DNA from: Candidatus Dojkabacteria bacterium
GTDB lineage: Bacteria > Patescibacteriota > Dojkabacteria > J137
Direction of reading: 5' to 3'
Length of the DNA stretch: 64,000 nt
NCBI GenBank assembly: GCA_040006935.1
Contig: JBDTVZ010000003.1
Coordinates: forward strand, 1,102 to 65,101
Below, piece after piece: positions 58,793-64,000 of the stretch (the stretch's first letter is position 1; every line of letters begins with the position of its first letter). The translations under genes were made by a program, and so were the position numbers. The notes under the pieces are model-generated. The model searched no databases and was not told the DNA's origin. It saw only the letters and a program-made list of their open reading frames with translations.

Positions 58793-60367
58793 ATGGATAT
58801 ATCATTTATTTTAGTGGCAGTTCTTCTTATTGCTGCAATTGCAGGGATAGGTTTTGCTGTAGTACTCTACTCTCAGCTAAGTAGTCTTAAAAAGACAAAA
58901 GAAGAAGAGATTAATAATTTAGTCAATAAATCTAAAGAAGTAAAACAACTTTCTGAGGAAGAAGCTATCGAAAAAGCAAGCCGAAAAGCAAAAGAAATGC
59001 TTACAGAAGCGGAGAGAAAAGCTTTGGATATTGAAACTAAAGCACAGGAAAATTTGAGACTTGCGAGAAATCAATTAAAAGATCAGGAAAGAATTCTTGA
59101 AGAAAGAGAAAGAAAGTTAGTAGAAAGAAACACTACTCTAGACATGCGTAACGATCAAGCAGATAAAAAAGAGCAGGAAATTGAAGCAATTAAAAAAGAC
59201 ATTGCAACAAAGCGTGAAGAACTTGCAATTAAACTTCAAGAAGTTGCTAAATTAACTCGAATAGAAGCAGAAACTCAGTTAAAGCAAGAGGTTGAGAAAG
59301 ATCTTCAAGATTGGGCTGCTAAAAAAATTAGAGAATCTGAAGCTATGATCTCTCAAAAATCTGATGAAGCTGCTAAAACTATCCTTGTGGAAGTTATGGC
59401 TAACGCTGCTACAGATTATGTTGCAGAAACAACTACAACTACTGTAACAATCGATGATGAGACTATGAAAAGTAAGATCATTGGTAAGCAAGGTAGAAAT
59501 ATTAGAACTTTTGAAAAGCTTACTGGCGTTGATTTAATTGTAGACGAAACTCCAAATCAAGTTACAATTTCTTGTTTTGATCCAATTCGAAGAGAAGTTG
59601 CTGCATTAACATTGCAAAAATTACTATCTGATGGGAGAGTTCATCCAGGATCTATTGAAGAAACTGTAGAGAAAGTTAAAAAAGAACTTTTGAAAGTGAT
59701 TAAAAAGACCGGAGACGATATGGCATATGAAACTGGATTTAATAATCTACCAAACGAAATTATTATGCTTTTGGGAAGATTTAAATACAGATTTAGTTAT
59801 GGACAGAACTTAGTAAAACATACGCTAGAAATGGTAAAAATTGGAGAAGCTTTAGCTAAAGAATTAGGTGCAAATGTACAAACTACAAAGTTAGCTTGTT
59901 TACTACACGACATCGGTAAAGTGGCTCCAGAAGAAGGAAAACAACATCACCACATCTCTTCTGAGCTTGCTAGAAAGTATTTCCCTAACGACGAGAGATT
60001 GGCTAACGCAATAGAAGCACATCACTTTGATATTGATGCAAAATATGTTGAAGCAGAAATTGTAAGAATTGCAGATGCAATTTCCGGAGCAAGACCAGGA
60101 GCAAGAGTTGAAAATTACGAGGACTATATAAAAAGAATTAGAGCATTGGAAGACATCGCAAATAAGCATAAAGGAGTTAAAGAATCCTTTGCTATCTACG
60201 CTGGAAGAGAGATTAGAGTTATTGTTAAACCAGACGAAGCATCTGATGAAGATGTGAAAGTAATGTCATTTAAAATTGCTAAGGAAATTGAGGAAACTCA
60301 AAATTACCCTGGAGTAATTAAGGTGACAGTGATTAGAGAGACGAGAAGTATTGTTGAGGCGAAGTAA
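58793..60367 (+). CDS. rny: ribonuclease Y
   Basis: N-terminal TM. Long coiled coil. KH domain (IIGKQGRNIRTFEKLTGVDLIVDETP). HD domain (LLHDIGK...HH). Confidence 0.9.
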   Translation: MDISFILVAVLLIAAIAGIGFAVVLYSQLSSLKKTKEEEINNLVNKSKEVKQLSEEEAIEKASRKAKEMLTEAERKALDIETKAQENLRLARNQLKDQERILEERERKLVERNTTLDMRNDQADKKEQEIEAIKKDIATKREELAIKLQEVAKLTRIEAETQLKQEVEKDLQDWAAKKIRESEAMISQKSDEAAKTILVEVMANAATDYVAETTTTTVTIDDETMKSKIIGKQGRNIRTFEKLTGVDLIVDETPNQVTISCFDPIRREVAALTLQKLLSDGRVHPGSIEETVEKVKKELLKVIKKTGDDMAYETGFNNLPNEIIMLLGRFKYRFSYGQNLVKHTLEMVKIGEALAKELGANVQTTKLACLLHDIGKVAPEEGKQHHHISSELARKYFPNDERLANAIEAHHFDIDAKYVEAEIVRIADAISGARPGARVENYEDYIKRIRALEDIANKHKGVKESFAIYAGREIRVIVKPDEASDEDVKVMSFKIAKEIEETQNYPGVIKVTVIRETRSIVEAK

Positions 60368-60370
60368 TTA

Positions 60371-60442
60371 GAATTCTGCGCGAGCCAAAGGTGAGCGCAT
60401 AGAATTCTGTTATCCTGATCCGCCCTTTGGCGGAGATGGATC
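60371..60442 (+). terminator. tandem hairpins downstream of rny
   Basis: GAATTCTGCGC-gagccaaaggtga-GCGCAtAGAATTC (11-bp stem with a 2-nt bulge, 60371-60407). It is followed by GATCCGCC-cttt-GGCGGAgATGGATC. Confidence 0.55.
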
Positions 60443-60521
60443 TTAGAATGATATCGGGACCTCAAACTACTCTACTAATAAAATTAAATATTCTGTAAAG
60501 AAATATACTATCATTATTGGA

Positions 60522-61133
60522 ATGAGTGTTGACAAAAATATACAAAAAACAAAGATCTGCCCTTTTTGTTCAGAAGAAATAAAATTAGATGCTGTAAAGT
60601 GCAGGTATTGCGGCGAGTTTCTGAATAAAGAGTTAAAAAAAAGTGAAAGAATAAATCCAGAGGAAAATCTCCCTATAAAAAAAGATAGACAAAGTTTAAA
60701 CGGCATTTTTGCTGCGATATTTGTAATTATTATGATAGGTTTTCCTTCATTCCTTGGATTAGGCGGAATTATACCAAGCATGGTAGCAGGAATTTTTGCA
60801 GGATTATGGGTATGGGTCATAGATAAATTACCTGGTATGCAATGGCAGAAAGTACTGATTCTTATTTTAACGATCTCCTTAACCTATGGGTTAACCACAG
60901 TCCTATTGAATAATACTAACTTATTTCAACAAATAAATATTTCGAAAGGAGATAATAAATTAAATGATTGCCTCGATACTGCTAAAAATCAATATCGATT
61001 GAACTGGGATAAGCAATGTAGTGATACAAATCAAAATGATTCCTGTAAGTTACCTACAGCAACTGCACAATTACTTGAAGATAGGCTAAATAGTGGTAAA
61101 CAAGAATGCTATTATAAATTTGGAAGCAAATAA
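60522..61133 (+). CDS. hypothetical zinc-ribbon membrane protein
   Basis: N-terminal CPFC...CRYCGE zinc ribbon, then three TM helices and a Cys-containing C-terminal domain. Confidence 0.45.
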   Translation: MSVDKNIQKTKICPFCSEEIKLDAVKCRYCGEFLNKELKKSERINPEENLPIKKDRQSLNGIFAAIFVIIMIGFPSFLGLGGIIPSMVAGIFAGLWVWVIDKLPGMQWQKVLILILTISLTYGLTTVLLNNTNLFQQINISKGDNKLNDCLDTAKNQYRLNWDKQCSDTNQNDSCKLPTATAQLLEDRLNSGKQECYYKFGSK

Positions 61134-61380
61134 ATTATACTCCACATAAGGACCAGGCCGCCCAAAGATACACGACGAACGTAGCGAGGAGATGTAGATT
61201 TGCGCCTACTTGGTGTTACAGCCTATTACTTTTTTATGTCATTTCGAGCGATCCGCCCTGGGCGGAGAGTCGAGAAATCTTTAACCACCTTACCGAATTG
61301 ACTGGACAGTGGTTACAGATTTCTCCATTCGTCGCTTGAGCTCCTCAGTCGAAATGACACAAAACCCTAATCTGAAATGC

Positions 61381-61845
61381 TCAATACCCTTTCGGAGGAT
61401 ATGTTCTTTGTCCAAAGTATTCAATATTAAGTCCCTCTACTTCCTTTAAAATTCTCTCCGTTTCATTCTTAACGAATTCTGCGTCTGCTCCTAATCCTTC
61501 AAGAACAAACTCTACTGTTTTATCCACGTTATTCTTAAATTTCTTATTAATGTCTTTCCATTTTATATCTTTGAGTAGCTCTATCATTTTAGGATCGTAA
61601 GAAATTTTTCCTTTCATCATTAAAACTGAAATCATTGGATAACTTAACTGACCTACATAAAAGGCACTATTATCGTTCGACATCATAGCAGTAAAGTCAT
61701 CATTCCAAGTTACAGTATAGAATTTACCCTTTGAAGAAGAATACATTTTAGCTTCGTTTTTATCTGGGGAGATTTCTATTCGTTTATCTGCAATTGCACC
61801 TAAAGCTTCGTATACTTTTGAAATGTGAGGTTTTGACCAGTTCAT
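61381..61845 (-). CDS. hypothetical protein
   Basis: 154-aa ORF. No motif recognised. Confidence 0.4.
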   Translation of the reverse strand: MNWSKPHISKVYEALGAIADKRIEISPDKNEAKMYSSSKGKFYTVTWNDDFTAMMSNDNSAFYVGQLSYPMISVLMMKGKISYDPKMIELLKDIKWKDINKKFKNNVDKTVEFVLEGLGADAEFVKNETERILKEVEGLNIEYFGQRTYPPKGY

Positions 61846-61855
61846 TTAAAGAGGT

Positions 61856-62980
61856 TTAAATAAAATCTCTTTTCATAGTTTCTACCCAACCCTTGACTTC
61901 ATCTCTTATAGAAATTCCTGTTGCCCAATTTAGTTCTGTGCTATCCAAAGTTTTTTCAAATCTAACTTGCTCATCTTTATTATCGTCAATGATGTCATGA
62001 AGTCTCTGCACCTCCATAACTTCGATTAAAGATTGTATATAATCTCTAACTTGCTCAGTAAAAGAATTAATCCTCCATTGCTTTAACTGGTTAGAGAACA
62101 CAACATTATCTAGATTCTTAATAAGCTGTTCATAAAAATAGCTTAATACTTTCTTTATAAGATCATCTCCTTCGGGTTCGTTAGATGGATCATTTGAAAC
62201 TCTTATCTCAAAAGGAAACATTCCCTTCGCTTCTGCAACAGTAAAATTTGCCTTTAAGGCTTTCTCTTTATCGTCTAAAAGAGACTTTTCCAGTACAGCC
62301 TTCGGATTCTCAACAAATCCTCTTTCTGTGAAATTAGAATCTAATTTTGATTTATTTTTATAATAATCTTCAATCAAATCGATTATATTACTGATTCTTT
62401 CCTCTATATTGCCAAAATTAAGCTTCTTAGACATTAATTGTTGGCTTTTTAATAATTCTAAGTGACTTGCTAACTCATTCTCAGTAAAAATTGTGTAGTG
62501 TTTAGTATCACCTTCTGCTAAAGAAGAGACTCTATCCTCCTTCTCTAGATCATCAGGTACAAGAATTGTCCCGCTCTCGAGACTTTTTATAATCTTCTCA
62601 AAAGATTCAGTTGCTGTTTTCATTTCCCTATAGCCCTCTTCGTTAATATAATATTCTAGACAAATTAGTAAAACCTCTAGAGCTTTATCATAATTTTCGT
62701 CATAGTTTTCACTTAGGATAGAATCTTTTAAAGACTTTATTAGTAAGGAAAAAGTATTTCTATGAAATAAGCTTTCATCGTCTGGGTCTACTGAGGTAAG
62801 TATATTGTGAATTTGATTGTGATCGTCTCTAAATAGTATCGAGAGATTATATTCATACATCTCCATTAATTTTGCTAAAGATGTCGATAAGACCGAAGCT
62901 TCTCTTCTCCTTTCTATTCCTCTTGGATCATTAGCTGGTTTATTTAGCGCTGTGTTAATAGCATCATCCCAAATAGACAT
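61856..62980 (-). CDS. hypothetical protein
   Basis: 374-aa ORF, K/E-rich, predicted helical. No motif recognised. Confidence 0.4.
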   Translation of the reverse strand: MSIWDDAINTALNKPANDPRGIERRREASVLSTSLAKLMEMYEYNLSILFRDDHNQIHNILTSVDPDDESLFHRNTFSLLIKSLKDSILSENYDENYDKALEVLLICLEYYINEEGYREMKTATESFEKIIKSLESGTILVPDDLEKEDRVSSLAEGDTKHYTIFTENELASHLELLKSQQLMSKKLNFGNIEERISNIIDLIEDYYKNKSKLDSNFTERGFVENPKAVLEKSLLDDKEKALKANFTVAEAKGMFPFEIRVSNDPSNEPEGDDLIKKVLSYFYEQLIKNLDNVVFSNQLKQWRINSFTEQVRDYIQSLIEVMEVQRLHDIIDDNKDEQVRFEKTLDSTELNWATGISIRDEVKGWVETMKRDFI

Positions 62981-63054
62981 ATGACAAAAGATAATAAATA
63001 GATTATTGTTAATATATCACTCTTCCCTCTTCGTTAATCATAAAATTAAAGGTT

Positions 63055-63651
63055 TTAATTAAACATCTCAACTATATTTTTATCACCCTTCTCTAATACA
63101 ACTGACCAAGCATCGAAGTAATCTTTATCTATATTCTTTGTATTTTCTATATCTGCCAAGAAATCCTCATCTGTAAATACATCTTTGTAAACAAGACTAT
63201 GGATTGCATGAACAGGAATATGAACATACGTTTTCTTTGCGATATCACCTAAAGATTCTAAATAGTTTTTTAAATTCATCATTTTTCCCCAACTATTATC
63301 TACTAAAATATTATGAATTATTTCGTGGGTTAATACGTTTATCCAAGACCTTAAGGTTTTATCCTGCATCTTGTTCAACCATACAGACATTGTTAGTGGT
63401 GATGAGAACGGGACAGCTTTCCCAACCAGATAGACAATAATTTTTTCTGATTTCCATTCTAAACCAGACTGTTTAGAAATACTTTCTAATATCTTTGCTC
63501 CGTTATTTTTCCAATACGTCTCGGCCTCCTCTATTCTTCCGAAAATATCCTGCTTGCTTGGGTAGTTTGAATCTAACTTTAGCAGCTTAAAGTATTCTAG
63601 CCAATGTTTATCATAAACATCTGAGTATTTAAATTCAATTACTGGTGTCAT
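63055..63651 (-). CDS. hypothetical HExxH-motif protein (putative zinc-dependent hydrolase)
   Basis: LTHEIIHNIL contains HExxH. Start trimmed to the internal Met (MTPVIEFKY) to avoid overlap with the upstream gene. Confidence 0.35.
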   Translation of the reverse strand: MTPVIEFKYSDVYDKHWLEYFKLLKLDSNYPSKQDIFGRIEEAETYWKNNGAKILESISKQSGLEWKSEKIIVYLVGKAVPFSSPLTMSVWLNKMQDKTLRSWINVLTHEIIHNILVDNSWGKMMNLKNYLESLGDIAKKTYVHIPVHAIHSLVYKDVFTDEDFLADIENTKNIDKDYFDAWSVVLEKGDKNIVEMFN

Positions 63652-63655
63652 TCCT

Positions 63656-64000
63656 TTATTGTTTATAAATAACTTTTCCCTCCGCAATCGCACTTTCTAA
63701 GAAGCCTTCTCCTTCCTCATTAACCATAAAGTCAAACTCTTGTGGAGTATAAACTAAAGGCTCTAAAATTGGCTCTCCTCCCTTTGTTAAATCTCGAACA
63801 TAAGTAAGCCTATCAATAAATCCTAATGTTGTTTCTCCAATTATCAAAACATCCATCGTGCTTGTTCTAGGATTGATATTATCTCTAGCAAAGCTTCCGA
63901 ATAAAATAATCTTTTCCACTTTAATCTTATCTGCCACTTTTAATGTAGCAACAATATTATCAATACGTCCTAATACTTCTTCTTCAGTAAAGTAGAAATC
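63656..64000 (-). CDS. nucleotidyltransferase-domain protein (MNT-like; 5' end outside window)
   Basis: ILFGSFARDNIN...MDVLII fits the minimal nucleotidyltransferase motif (GSxAR...DxD). The reading frame stays open upstream to position 64000 (...EEVLGRIDNIVATLKVADKIKVEK), so the true start lies beyond the window. Confidence 0.6.
   Translation of the reverse strand, partial: DFYFTEEEVLGRIDNIVATLKVADKIKVEKIILFGSFARDNINPRTSTMDVLIIGETTLGFIDRLTYVRDLTKGGEPILEPLVYTPQEFDFMVNEEGEGFLESAIAEGKVIYKQ

Overview
This is a low-GC, gene-dense window with short intergenic spacers. Most genes are small hypotheticals on the minus strand. The overall look is consistent with a reduced-genome bacterium of the Patescibacteria/CPR type, but that placement is an inference from gene content and cannot be confirmed here.

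Recognisable housekeeping genes are polA, ftsH, smpB, groES-groEL, rplY (L25), yidC, comF, ruvX/yqgF, mltG, fmt, ileS, lepB, parA-parB and rny. There are also a Nudix hydrolase, an Amidase_3, a Y-family DNA polymerase and a separate UmuD-like S24 peptidase.

Four tRNAs can be folded by hand: Met(CAT), initiator fMet(CAT), Ile(TAT) and Asn(GTT).

Two things stand out.

(1) A long minus-strand gene string, about 10.2-28.9 kb, looks like a type IV secretion / conjugative-pilus-like envelope machine. It contains a VirB4-family ATPase, a SpoIID/LytB cell-wall remodelling protein, a bacterial PH-domain membrane protein and several large coiled-coil or TM proteins. It also has six tandem paralogous two-TM pilin-like proteins that share an 'R-S-E-G-D-x-x-K-I-Q-E' loop motif and carry divergent Cys-rich ectodomains. 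Immediately next to these sits a membrane-anchored Clp/Hsp100 double-AAA+ ATPase.

(2) A previously unrecognised intergenic structured-repeat family occurs in at least five copies. Two nested stems show compensatory base changes between copies. The element is physically linked to a 34-nt palindromic hairpin that is inserted at the identical anticodon-loop position in partial duplicates of the two tRNA-Met genes.

The tRNA/repeat neighbourhood at 6.9-10.1 kb also carries a signal-less GH25 endolysin, a small GIY-YIG nuclease and a tyrosine recombinase, so it looks like a mobile-element remnant.

Other oddities are a Lon ATPase module with no protease domain next to a truncated four-helix-bundle gene, and a 770-nt ORF-free gap upstream of yidC with dyad-symmetric repeats and terminators on both strands.
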